This document shows positions 1 to 8,443 of a stretch of DNA of 53,136 nucleotides, piece after piece. The DNA is from Euryarchaeota archaeon UBA250 (lineage in GTDB: Archaea; Thermoplasmatota; Poseidoniia; Poseidoniales; Thalassarchaeaceae): assembly GCA_002504845.1 (NCBI GenBank), contig DATW01000049.1:1-53136 (forward strand). The letters run 5' to 3'. The notes beneath the pieces were generated by a model. The model did no database searches and had not been told where the DNA came from. It was given only the letters and a program-made list of their open reading frames with translations. Numbering within the stretch: position 1 is the first letter of the stretch; every line of letters begins with the position of its first letter. A program made the position numbers and the translations under genes.

Positions 1-1161
1 AGTTATGCTATCAAGAACAGAGATGGCCGTTTCTAGGGATCTCGGATTTGTAGTCATAGTATTCCCATAGACGCCCACGACATACGTCTTCGATGCTCTT
101 TCACTCATGCCCAATACTGAAAGCGGATATTGTCCCGCATTGAGCGCCTTGGACCATGTCTCAAAGTCGGGCACCTCACAATCTTCGAAACCGGGATAAT
201 CTACAATACTTAGACAGCCCTGCCCCCTCAAACCTGCTTGTATCGAGTCGATCAGAAGGAAAGAGCCATGCATATTGGATAGTTTTCTTGCAATGTCATA
301 GAAATCTCTCGTAATCGAAAGCCCAGGGTTTCCTTCACCCATCACGGGTTCCATCGCAACGAGTTCGATGAAAGCATTGTTTTCCTCTGCTTCCTTGAAA
401 ACAGATTGAAGTTTATCAATATCATTTGGAGGAACCAGTTTGACTCCCTCTCGATTTCTAAATGAAGCAAGTTTATCACGGTATTTAGGCAGGCATGAGT
501 CTGAAATCGAGGCAGGTCGGTCGGTTCGTCCATGGAAGCCATGGTCCAAAGCGACAGTCCAGATTTTCTTTCCTTCATGCGGCCCACCTACGTCGGTCAT
601 CAATCTAGCATTAATATCTGCAATTCGCATCGCTACAGTAACAGATTCCGAACCGCTATTCATGCATATGAATCTGTCAAATGGGCAATTTTCACGACTG
701 TGCCCTACTTCTGTTCTTATGGCCTCAGCGAATCTCATATGGGTCAGCGAGGGAGTCATGACATTAGCCATCACATGTGACTCAGACATTGCAGACATGA
801 CTCGTGATGGGGAATGACCCATTCCAAGCATGCCATATCCTCCGTTGTCGTGTATCACAGCGCCATGAGTTGTTACTATCCAAGGGCCCTTGGCTGCAAG
901 AGGTATGTACGGATTTACAGTTGATGGCTCGTAGAAATTCACGTAATACTTCTGAAGCTCCTTCGCAAAATCTGCTTCATCGAGGCTTAGAAGGAGTTCT
1001 TCAATAGAAGAATCCATCTGGCCTCTGGCAAGCATAGCCAGATCTATTGCCAAATCGAGATTGGGGTCGCTACTAAGGAATGAATCGATGGATTCGCTGC
1101 TAAGGCCATAGGTAAATGCCGGTCCGGAAGAGGATCTGAGCAGTTCGATTCGGCTATCCAT
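1..1161 (-). CDS. Class-III (fold type I) PLP-dependent aminotransferase; C-terminus cut by the left window edge
   Basis: Absent from the ORF track because it runs off the edge. My minus-strand translation from ATG at 1161 stays open to position 1 (387 codons): MDSRIELLRSS...GYGMLGMGHSP...CMNSGSESVTVAMRIAD...LVAMEPVMGEGNPG...LLIDSIQAGLRGQG...ETWSKALNAGQYPLS. These are typical class-III aminotransferase blocks, with a candidate PLP lysine in SKAL. Confidence 0.8.
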   Translation of the reverse strand, partial: MDSRIELLRSSSGPAFTYGLSSESIDSFLSSDPNLDLAIDLAMLARGQMDSSIEELLLSLDEADFAKELQKYYVNFYEPSTVNPYIPLAAKGPWIVTTHGAVIHDNGGYGMLGMGHSPSRVMSAMSESHVMANVMTPSLTHMRFAEAIRTEVGHSRENCPFDRFICMNSGSESVTVAMRIADINARLMTDVGGPHEGKKIWTVALDHGFHGRTDRPASISDSCLPKYRDKLASFRNREGVKLVPPNDIDKLQSVFKEAEENNAFIELVAMEPVMGEGNPGLSITRDFYDIARKLSNMHGSFLLIDSIQAGLRGQGCLSIVDYPGFEDCEVPDFETWSKALNAGQYPLSVLGMSERASKTYVVGVYGNTMTTNPRSLETAISVLDSIT

Positions 1162-1240
1162 CGAGCAACGCAGGAGTAGGCCATCAAATGAATATTCGCT
1201 GTTTGATTCAAATTTACAGTGCGGTGTTTGAAGGGCTGAT

Positions 1241-1340
1241 AATCAATCTAAAAAATAAAAAATGATTCAATAATTAAATTGATATTTTATCTATAATAAT
1301 AAATTTTCAATTGAAAAATTAAATTATTATTCGATTGAAT
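1241..1340. promoter_or_regulatory. Extremely AT-rich divergent intergenic/promoter region
   Basis: Hand count gives 11 G+C in 100 nt. It lies between divergent starts at 1161(-) and 1409(+). It contains a 14-bp perfect palindrome TTTTCAATTGAAAA (1304-1317), a 9-bp direct repeat AATTAAATT (1272-1280, 1317-1325), flanking inverted GATTCAAT (1264-1271) / ATTGAAT (1334-1340), and TATA-like runs on both strands. Confidence 0.5.
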
Positions 1341-1408
1341 TATATGCCGGCTTGCTGCTCGAGCCGCGTAGATCGAGGGCAAGTGGGGTGCAGGTCGGAG
1401 GTAATCGA

Positions 1409-1978
1409 ATGAGTGAGAAGTTGGAAATACAGGAATTATTGCAAAAAGAAGTATATGTTGGAGACACTATGGTGGGAGTTATCGTCGGTGAACGATTTCA
1501 TCCACGGGATGAATTTGTCAGATCGATGCGCATCCAGGTATTGGACGGCGTTGCAGAAGAATACATGAGGAAGCCTGCGGATCATGCGCCTTTGCACAAA
1601 GAATTAGTCCACAGCATAAGGCCCGATGGTTCAGTTAAGTTATCGAAATCAATGCGCGAGCTTCAGAGAAGATGGCGAAACACCGTTAGGATCGATGAGC
1701 AGCTTTGGGCGCCTGATGAGTTAATGGATCGTGCAGTCATGGATAACGATGGGGTCGATATAGGCAATGTCGTTAGTCTTGTCAAGGTAAAGAGAACTTA
1801 TCGAGGGGTTGTGGTAGACGTACACGGTGTCCTTCAACGAAGAATGGGTCTTCCTGATCAAATTATAATCCCGGTAACTCAACTAGCTAGAACTACTGCT
1901 TATCTCGATGAAATAATTCTGAGATGTCCGCTCAATAGGCTCCTCTCTCTCCCAAGTTATTTACAACTCAACGAGTGA
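1409..1978 (+). CDS. PRC-barrel domain protein (two PRC-like segments)
   Basis: The track ORF 1352..1978 starts at TTG. ATG at 1409 is preceded by GGAGGT 7 nt upstream. The segment ELMDRAVMDNDGVDIGNVVSLVKV...VVVDV is PRC-barrel-like. Confidence 0.6.
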   Translation: MSEKLEIQELLQKEVYVGDTMVGVIVGERFHPRDEFVRSMRIQVLDGVAEEYMRKPADHAPLHKELVHSIRPDGSVKLSKSMRELQRRWRNTVRIDEQLWAPDELMDRAVMDNDGVDIGNVVSLVKVKRTYRGVVVDVHGVLQRRMGLPDQIIIPVTQLARTTAYLDEIILRCPLNRLLSLPSYLQLNE

Positions 1979-1981
1979 ATA

Positions 1982-2059
1982 TGGTGGGCATGGCAGGATT
2001 TGAACCTGCGGCCTCCCGGTTATCAGCCGGGTGCTCCAGCCAAGCTAAGCTACACGCCC
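1982..2059 (-). tRNA. tRNA-Ile (anticodon GAU), CCA encoded
   Basis: The reverse complement GGGCGTGTAGCTTAGCTTGGCTGGAGCACCCGGCTGATAACCGGGAGGCCGCAGGTTCAAATCCTGCCATGCCCACCA folds as a cloverleaf. Acceptor is GGGCGTG/CATGCCC, anticodon stem CCCGG/CCGGG with loop CTGATAA, and T arm GCAGG-TTCAAAT-CCTGC. Confidence 0.92.
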
Positions 2060-2167
2060 TGAGCGGCCTCCGGTGAGGCGCTGCTGATTTGAAGGTGCTC
2101 ATTCGCGCGGGGCAATGATGCTCACGTTCCGGCAAGGTCATGAGTGGCACGGGGCTCGGAAGACCAG

Positions 2168-3103
2168 ATGCCAGTAGTTAGTGGCCCGGCCTACACGGAG
2201 GTCGCAATGGGTCTTGCTAATGAGTTGGACATGCAGTACCTCCCTACTGAAACTCGTCGTTTTCCAGATGGCGAGGGGTATCTTCGTACTCCTGTTGAGG
2301 GTTTTGATTCAATGCGATCTGAACCGGTGATTGTAGTCTCCTCCACATTCCCAGATAATGGAATTGTTCAGACGATGATGATGCTGGCCGGTGTTGCCGA
2401 TATCCAAAAGGGTGATTTGTCTAACCTAAAGGGTGAAGGTGTACAGAATCTGGATGATTCGGGGCGAAGAATCTTGCTTGCAGTGCCGTACTATGGCTAT
2501 GCACGTCAAGATAAGCGATTCTCGGCCGGAGAAGTAATCGCTGCAGGGGTTATTGCTGATCATCTAGCAACAGCATGCGATGGGATTGTCATACTTGACA
2601 TCCATGAGCCCAAAGTCTTGGAATCTCACAAACATCCCATTCAATTTGTTACCGCGGTGCCTGAACTTTCTGAGTTACTCTCGAAAGATGTATCTCCAGA
2701 CTTCATTCTATCCCCTGACAAGGGAGCCATTGACAGGGCGAAGGAGGTTGCTGAAATCATAGGGGTCCCATACAGCTACCTTGAGAAGAAAAGGATTGAT
2801 GCACATACGATAGAACATACTCCAAAGGATCTTGATGTGTCTGGAAAGGTTGTGGCGATTGTTGATGACATGATTAGCACGGGCGGTACGATCTGTAGGG
2901 CGAGTGACGCCTTGCGCCGACAAGGTGCAACCGAAGTACATGCAGCATGCACACATGGGCTATTCACCTCAGGGGCTCTTACTAGACTCGTTAAGCACGT
3001 TGATGGCGTATACAGTACTGATTCGCTATCCAATCCGCGTGCTGTCGTTTCAGGTGCACCGGCCCTAGCCCGAGGCGTCAAGAAGTTGTTGACCGCCCTG
3101 TGA
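2168..3103 (+). CDS. prs: Ribose-phosphate pyrophosphokinase (PRPP synthetase)
   Basis: N-terminus MPVVSGPAYTEVAMGLANEL, YYGYARQDKRF, and the PRPP-binding loop VAIVDDMISTGGTICRA. The track start at 2144 is GTG; ATG at 2168 matches the usual Prs N-terminus. Confidence 0.9.
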   Translation: MPVVSGPAYTEVAMGLANELDMQYLPTETRRFPDGEGYLRTPVEGFDSMRSEPVIVVSSTFPDNGIVQTMMMLAGVADIQKGDLSNLKGEGVQNLDDSGRRILLAVPYYGYARQDKRFSAGEVIAAGVIADHLATACDGIVILDIHEPKVLESHKHPIQFVTAVPELSELLSKDVSPDFILSPDKGAIDRAKEVAEIIGVPYSYLEKKRIDAHTIEHTPKDLDVSGKVVAIVDDMISTGGTICRASDALRRQGATEVHAACTHGLFTSGALTRLVKHVDGVYSTDSLSNPRAVVSGAPALARGVKKLLTAL

Positions 3104-3176
3104 TAGGGCCCAATGTCCTGCGGTGCGTTTATACAGGCCGCGTTCAGCGGCAGGACACAGCACGAGGATGATTCCA

Positions 3177-3557
3177 ATGAGTGTACACGTTGCCTTCGAA
3201 ACCCCACAAGATGTTCATGAGATTGTTTACGAGATGGTCAAGGCCCTCGGAAAAGATGGTAGAGGGGGCCTAAAGAAGGGTGCAAATGAAGTCACCAAGG
3301 CTGCTGAGAGAGGAACTGCTCTAATGGTAGTCATGGCCGAGGATGTGAATCCAAGCGAGCTACTAGCCCACATACCCATGATATGCAGGGAAAAATCAAT
3401 TCCATTCATGTACGTGCCAGATCAAGCATACCTGGCTGAAGCCGCCGGGATGTCTGATGGGACAAAGACTGCTGCAGTAGCTGTTGTTGATGTAAAGAAA
3501 GATGGTGAAGATCGATTTAACGAAGTTAAGGGCCACTATGAGACCCTCTCTGCTTGA
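3177..3557 (+). CDS. rpl7ae: 50S ribosomal protein L7Ae (K-turn binding)
   Basis: GLKKGANEVTKAAERGTALMVVMAEDVNPSELLAHIPMICREKSIPFMYV. ATG at 3177 has GAGGA about 8 nt upstream; ATG at 3168 is an alternative. Confidence 0.92.
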   Translation: MSVHVAFETPQDVHEIVYEMVKALGKDGRGGLKKGANEVTKAAERGTALMVVMAEDVNPSELLAHIPMICREKSIPFMYVPDQAYLAEAAGMSDGTKTAAVAVVDVKKDGEDRFNEVKGHYETLSA

Positions 3558-3569
3558 GGTGGTTGAAGG

Positions 3570-3788
3570 ATGTCACAAGAATCCTGGCCTGCCGAAGTGG
3601 TCGAAGTTGTCGGCCGTACAGGTATGACTGGTGAGGCAACTCAGGTGAAAGTACGGGTTAACGATGCCCCTAACCCTCGTGACATTGGCCGAATAATAAC
3701 CAGAAACGTTGTCGGGCCTGTTAGGATAGGAGATATCCTGATGCTGAGAGATACGGGTAGAGAAGCCCGTAAGCTCGGTGCGAGATAA
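3570..3788 (+). CDS. rps28e: 30S ribosomal protein S28e
   Basis: [23 protein letters not shown]...[30 protein letters not shown]. Confidence 0.92.
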   Translation: MSQESWPAEVVEVVGRTGMTGEATQVKVRVNDAPNPRDIGRIITRNVVGPVRIGDILMLRDTGREARKLGAR

Positions 3789-3801
3789 GGAAGTGTTGTC
3801 A

Positions 3802-3993
3802 ATGCCCGAAACGAGAATCTGCAGTTTCACCAGAGAAGAGATAGAGCCCGGTACAGGGATCATGTTTGTTCGGAGAGATGGTACAGTACTGTGGTTCAAA
3901 GACTCGAAAGCGAGAAAGAATCATGTAAACCTGAATCGTAATCCTCGGCGTCTTAAGTGGACACGAAGATATGAGAAGGGCGGTATCAAGTAA
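3802..3993 (+). CDS. rpl24e: 50S ribosomal protein L24e
   Basis: MPETRICSFTREEIEPGTGIMFVRRDGTVLWFKDSKARKN. ATG at 3802 lies just after the S28e TAA (3786-3788). L7Ae-S28e-L24e is the conserved archaeal order. Confidence 0.9.
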   Translation: MPETRICSFTREEIEPGTGIMFVRRDGTVLWFKDSKARKNHVNLNRNPRRLKWTRRYEKGGIK

Positions 3994-4085
3994 GTCCTCC
4001 CATTCACAAAAACAGCCTATATCGAGGTTGATTGGTGTTTTATTTCACCGATGTCATCAAGAACCCTACTTTTTCGATTGCCTCG

Positions 4086-6095
4086 ATGGACACATTGATC
4101 GCGATACCAGGGGTTGGTGAATCACTATCTCGAAGACTTATCGACGAGCTTGGTGATGAGGAAGAAGTTCTTCGCATCATCAAGAGCAAGGATGTAGCGT
4201 CTCTCTCGAAGATTGAGGGACTTTCCACAAATCGCGCGGTTCGCATAATCAATGAGTTTGGAGGGGATGGCAAAAGTATCGCTCAAACAAGCGATGCGCA
4301 GAAACTCCACGATCGTCTCCTCTGTGATATTGAGGCCCACATTTCTTCACTCCCTGCCAAGAAGCGATTGGGTGTCTTACAACCAATGGGCGTTGAATCA
4401 AGTATCGAAATTGAGGATCGTCGAAAGATGGTTTCTGAAGCAATATCATTCGTTGCAACAGCTCCATCTTCAGTGATTGAATGGGATAAAGGATCGAGGG
4501 GAGTTAGGAGTTTGAAGAGTCATGTTGGCAAGGTGGACAGAGTAATTGTTGTTCCAGATTCTACATCAGCACAGCAGATAAAGAACATGGAAAAATACGC
4601 CAGAATAGTAGTTCGTGGCATAAATGAGACTTGGAAAGACTACGAGGGGCTTCCCCGGGTAACATGGATCGGACCATATGCACCTGAAGAAATGCCGCCT
4701 GGTTGGGTGTTTTGTAAGATAGAAGATGATTTCCGGTCGATGATTCCCGAAATATCACTCCAATGGATTGAGAACAACAGAAACAGCCTTGAATCGCTCG
4801 TATATCTGAGTGATATCACTCTTGGATTAGACCCGCTTAGTGAGAGGATAAGGGATGCAATAGATGGTCTTGATGATCTTGTTTGGCTTCTCGAAGCAGA
4901 AGATGTCGGAGCAGATATTGAAAATCTCAGAGATGGACTATGGAGTGAAATCAAAGCGATAGAGGGTTCAGTAAATGACTCGATTGTGAATTCCACTTCT
5001 GAGGCCAGTCTTTCTCTAGATGGATCAGAAATGTTAGCCTACTATTCAGATGCCAACAGGCTTCAACACAGACTTAGGGGGGTGGTATCGGATTCGATAT
5101 CTGAGTCACTTGAATACGGACGCCAGAGACTTTCAGAATATCTAGAAATAAGTGGTATCTCAGTTCCAATAAACTGCTTTGAGAGTGAATATCCTTGTTC
5201 TTTCAGGAAGGAAACGATTGAGGTGATTGAACAAGACCTGGAACATATGATTTCGAATTTCGAGATTGAAGGCGCTATGGTTCGTGCAGAAAAGGCCTCC
5301 TTACTCGTCGGAAGGGCTCAGGATTCTATTTCTGAGATTATTGATATTGACATGTGGATTGGGATTGCAAAATGGGCGAGATATCGAAAATGCGTTCTTC
5401 CAGAAATTAAACCAAATGTGGAACCTAGTTGCTACTTCTCAGGTTTTAGACATCCTCTTCTTGGAGTTGATCCTATTCCTGTGAAGTATGGATTTGGAAA
5501 CCTCCCAGAACCGTGCCCAAAGGGGTCAATTGTACTCTTAACAGGGGCTAACTCTGGTGGGAAGACCTCGTTAATTGAGGGCATAGCTTCGATTCTCCTT
5601 CTTTCTCATGCTGGTTTGCCTGTTCCAGCAGATCAAGCGGTGGTTTCCCTAGCAGATGAGATTCATCTTTTGGCAAAAGTTACTGGAACTCAAAGTGCAG
5701 GTGCTCTGGAAAGGACCCTGATGGGGCTCTCAAGGATTGTTATTTCTAGCAAAAAGAAGTTCATACTGGCAGATGAGCTTGAGGCCATTACTGAACCAGA
5801 AGCAGCCTCTGGAATTCTAGCCGGATTACTAGACGCAGCTGCTTCGAATTCTTTGATATCGGTTGTTATGGTAACACATATAGGTGCCTCGATACGTAAG
5901 AAAATGATTGCAGAGGCGAGAATTGATGGAATTGAAGCCAGAGGGTTGGATGAGCAGATGGAATTAATCGTTGATCGGGTGCCTAGAATTGGAGTTCCAG
6001 CGAGATCCACCCCTGAATTAATCTTGAAAAGGCTGGAAGCTCGTACCAGCGGATCTGAATCTGACCTTTTTCGAAGTATAATTGAGCGCCTTTGA
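4086..6095 (+). CDS. Archaeal MutS-family ATPase (domain V only, MutS5-like) with N-terminal tandem helix-hairpin-helix
   Basis: The N-terminus has IAIPGVGESLSRRLIDELG and LSKIEGLSTNRAVRIINEFG (HhH motifs). The C-terminus has Walker A LLTGANSGGKTSL, AGLPVPA, and Walker B FILADELEAITEP, as in the MutS ABC ATPase domain. No mismatch-binding domain I was recognised. The track start at 4032 is TTG; ATG at 4086 is used. Confidence 0.72.
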   Translation: MDTLIAIPGVGESLSRRLIDELGDEEEVLRIIKSKDVASLSKIEGLSTNRAVRIINEFGGDGKSIAQTSDAQKLHDRLLCDIEAHISSLPAKKRLGVLQPMGVESSIEIEDRRKMVSEAISFVATAPSSVIEWDKGSRGVRSLKSHVGKVDRVIVVPDSTSAQQIKNMEKYARIVVRGINETWKDYEGLPRVTWIGPYAPEEMPPGWVFCKIEDDFRSMIPEISLQWIENNRNSLESLVYLSDITLGLDPLSERIRDAIDGLDDLVWLLEAEDVGADIENLRDGLWSEIKAIEGSVNDSIVNSTSEASLSLDGSEMLAYYSDANRLQHRLRGVVSDSISESLEYGRQRLSEYLEISGISVPINCFESEYPCSFRKETIEVIEQDLEHMISNFEIEGAMVRAEKASLLVGRAQDSISEIIDIDMWIGIAKWARYRKCVLPEIKPNVEPSCYFSGFRHPLLGVDPIPVKYGFGNLPEPCPKGSIVLLTGANSGGKTSLIEGIASILLLSHAGLPVPADQAVVSLADEIHLLAKVTGTQSAGALERTLMGLSRIVISSKKKFILADELEAITEPEAASGILAGLLDAAASNSLISVVMVTHIGASIRKKMIAEARIDGIEARGLDEQMELIVDRVPRIGVPARSTPELILKRLEARTSGSESDLFRSIIERL

Positions 6096-6122
6096 TAGGT
6101 GATAACGAGATTTAACGCATAA

Positions 6123-6914
6123 TTAATCAATCTCGAAGAGTCTTTCCATGAGTTCTGAATCTAGTTCTATGGAATTGGATGGAATGTCCTGCAAATTGCC
6201 CCTCTTCTTTCCTGACATGAGTTCGAAGGCTCGTATAAGACGTCCTTTAATCATTAGATTGTAGATTTTCCATAGCCTATCCTCACCACTCGTACTATGC
6301 GACTTAACATCAAAATTAGACCATCCTGTCTCATCACGGGTTTTGGAGTCAGAATCAGAATCGCCTAATCTGATCAGAAGGTCGAACTGTTGTAAGAGTC
6401 TGATAGCCTCATTGACCGGCTCCTCTTCTCTGTGTCCGGAATTTCCATGGCCAAGGAGAGATCTTGTGAAAGGATTGGAATATTCAGTACGATGCAAGTA
6501 AGAGGGTAGTTTTCTCTCGTTTGTAAGGCCAAGATAATAATCGTAATTATAATTCGAAAGACACGTTTTTCCAGGGTTCCTGAGAGAGCATATTGTCCTA
6601 ACATTCGGATGATTCAACGCTGCTTCAACAAGCTCCTTTCCTCCTGATGCAGATACAAATGTTATCTTTTTTCTAATGGCTTCGTTAAAAAAATCTGTAG
6701 CATCTAAATGATTCATGGAACTAAGATCTTTTGTTATTCCAGATTCATCGCATGGCTTCCCATTATCGTGTCTTGGCCAAAGTGTCTCGCCATTTGCAAT
6801 GGCCAAGTTTACGATTCTCGTACCTCCGGCCTTCCTGAAATGCAAAAAGAAGTTGAGACGGCTGTCAGCCATGATTCTGGCTTGCTGGTTCGGGTTTGAA
6901 GTTTGGGCGTTCAT
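6123..6914 (-). CDS. Sulfotransferase-family protein (family 2-like)
   Basis: FFLHFRKAGGTRI resembles the 5'-PSB loop (hIPKtGGT). ICSLRNPGKTCLSNYNY resembles the 3'-PB motif (lRdPveR..S.Y.Y). NPFTRSLLG and LLQQFDLLIRLGD match later family blocks. Confidence 0.55.
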   Translation of the reverse strand: MNAQTSNPNQQARIMADSRLNFFLHFRKAGGTRIVNLAIANGETLWPRHDNGKPCDESGITKDLSSMNHLDATDFFNEAIRKKITFVSASGGKELVEAALNHPNVRTICSLRNPGKTCLSNYNYDYYLGLTNERKLPSYLHRTEYSNPFTRSLLGHGNSGHREEEPVNEAIRLLQQFDLLIRLGDSDSDSKTRDETGWSNFDVKSHSTSGEDRLWKIYNLMIKGRLIRAFELMSGKKRGNLQDIPSNSIELDSELMERLFEID

Positions 6915-6929
6915 GCTCCAGTATCTGAA

Positions 6930-7388
6930 TTAGATTAGTGATTCAATTATCTCGCCCACAGATTGTGCTCGGCCGCAATATGCGCATCTTATCTCCAGTG
7001 GATCTTGAGAAACGACTTGCAAACGATGGGGCAAGGGCTCATTCGGATTCTGAGTTATGCAATTGAAGAATGAGCATCTTGCAATGTTTACCAGTTCTGA
7101 GCCAAGTTCAATTTGTCTCTTCTCAGCTACACCGTAATTTCGGATGATTGCTATTGACGCTGAGGGGGCTATTAGAGCAAGTCGATCAAGTTCTTCCTGG
7201 CTTAATTCTCGATCTTCGATCTTGAGTACGTCCTTGCTGCCTACTTTGCTGCTGGGAACATTCATGACAAGTGAAATCGGATTTGAATGGGAGCCGTCGA
7301 TATGGAGCATGCGCATTACTTGAACAGCACTTCCAGATGGTATGTGATCAATCACAGTACCATTGCAGATAGCCGAAACTCTCCTCAT
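6930..7388 (-). CDS. pyrI: Aspartate carbamoyltransferase regulatory chain
   Basis: MRRVSAICNGTVIDHIP...VLKIEDRELSQEE...and a C-terminal Zn site CSFFNC...CAYCGR. ATG at 7388 lies 5 nt after the pyrB TGA; the longer track ORF would overlap pyrB. Confidence 0.9.
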   Translation of the reverse strand: MRRVSAICNGTVIDHIPSGSAVQVMRMLHIDGSHSNPISLVMNVPSSKVGSKDVLKIEDRELSQEELDRLALIAPSASIAIIRNYGVAEKRQIELGSELVNIARCSFFNCITQNPNEPLPHRLQVVSQDPLEIRCAYCGRAQSVGEIIESLI

Positions 7389-7393
7389 CTCAC

Positions 7394-8320
7394 TCACACA
7401 ATCGCCTCCGGAATGTCGATACCCAAACTTCGACAAAGCAGTGCCATACGAGTTGGGACGCCATTGAATGCTTGTTTGAAGTACCAAGCATGACTAGTAG
7501 CATCGATACTTGGATGAATTTCATTCACTCTTGGGAGGGGGTGCATGATCATCATATCGGACTGTACGCTCCTCAAATCCTCAGCCTTCAAGGTGTATAT
7601 GCCTGCGACCTTCTCGTATTCTGCCTCATCGGGGAATCGCTCTCTCTGGATTCGCGTCATGTACACAACATCCGCAGATGAAATAGCAGGTAGGAGGTCT
7701 TCACTTTCTTCGATGTGACACCCTGAAGATTTGAGATCTCTTACGATCTCGGATGGCATTTTGAGAGGTTCTGGAGATACTAATGTCAATGATGCTCCGA
7801 AACGGCTGAGAGCATGACTCAGGCTGTGTGCTGTCCGTCCATATCTTAGATCGCCAACCATCACCACATTGAGGCCGTCAATCTTGCCCTGACCCTGACG
7901 AATTGTAAATAGATCAAGAAGTGTCTGAGTCGGATGATTGCCAGCGCCATCGCCTGCATTCATTATGGGTATTTGGACGGCGTCAGCAGCGTATTGTGCC
8001 GCACCTTGTCTCGGGTGCCTTATTACAGCAACATCTGCATACCCGTCAATCATCTGCATTGTGTCATAGAGTGTCTCACCCTTCTTGACTGAAGACCCTA
8101 CTTCACTAAGATTCAGAACCTCCCCCCCGAGTCTCTTCATAGAAGTCTCGAAAGATAACCGAGTTCTTGTTGAGTTCTCAAAAAAGAGATTGGCTAAGAC
8201 CTTGCCTTTGAGCAGGGGGAGATATGCATCGCCCCGAGCAATGGGAAGAAGACGCTCTGCATCATCTAGTAGTGAAATCGCCTCTTCATTAGTCAAATCG
8301 TCCATTGTAATGAGGTCCAC
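7394..8320 (-). CDS. pyrB: Aspartate carbamoyltransferase catalytic chain
   Basis: Motifs FFENSTRTRLSFE, RHPRQG, GNHPTQTLLD and MHPLPRVNEI. Confidence 0.95.
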   Translation of the reverse strand: MDLITMDDLTNEEAISLLDDAERLLPIARGDAYLPLLKGKVLANLFFENSTRTRLSFETSMKRLGGEVLNLSEVGSSVKKGETLYDTMQMIDGYADVAVIRHPRQGAAQYAADAVQIPIMNAGDGAGNHPTQTLLDLFTIRQGQGKIDGLNVVMVGDLRYGRTAHSLSHALSRFGASLTLVSPEPLKMPSEIVRDLKSSGCHIEESEDLLPAISSADVVYMTRIQRERFPDEAEYEKVAGIYTLKAEDLRSVQSDMMIMHPLPRVNEIHPSIDATSHAWYFKQAFNGVPTRMALLCRSLGIDIPEAIV

Positions 8321-8443
8321 GTGTCACTCCTCCGGCCCTTTGAATGGCTGACCGAACATATGTCTTGCCATATATGGAGTAGTGAGTGATACAACTTGAA
8401 GGGACTGGCGAAGGCTTGAGTATCTGGCCGTAAGCGGATATTC

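Noticed and set aside
1195-1408. The AT-rich block as a replication origin.
   Set aside because: I could find no orc1/cdc6 gene in the window and no ORB-like long repeats flanking the AT block. A divergent promoter is the simpler reading, so it is reported only as a curiosity.
2060-2167. A possible C/D-box sRNA or structured RNA between tRNA-Ile and prs (AATGATGC, and the small hairpin GCCTC-CGGT-GAGGC).
   Set aside because: The C-box match is imperfect (UGAUGC, not UGAUGA), and there is no D box (CUGA) at the right distance. The hairpin is only 5 bp.
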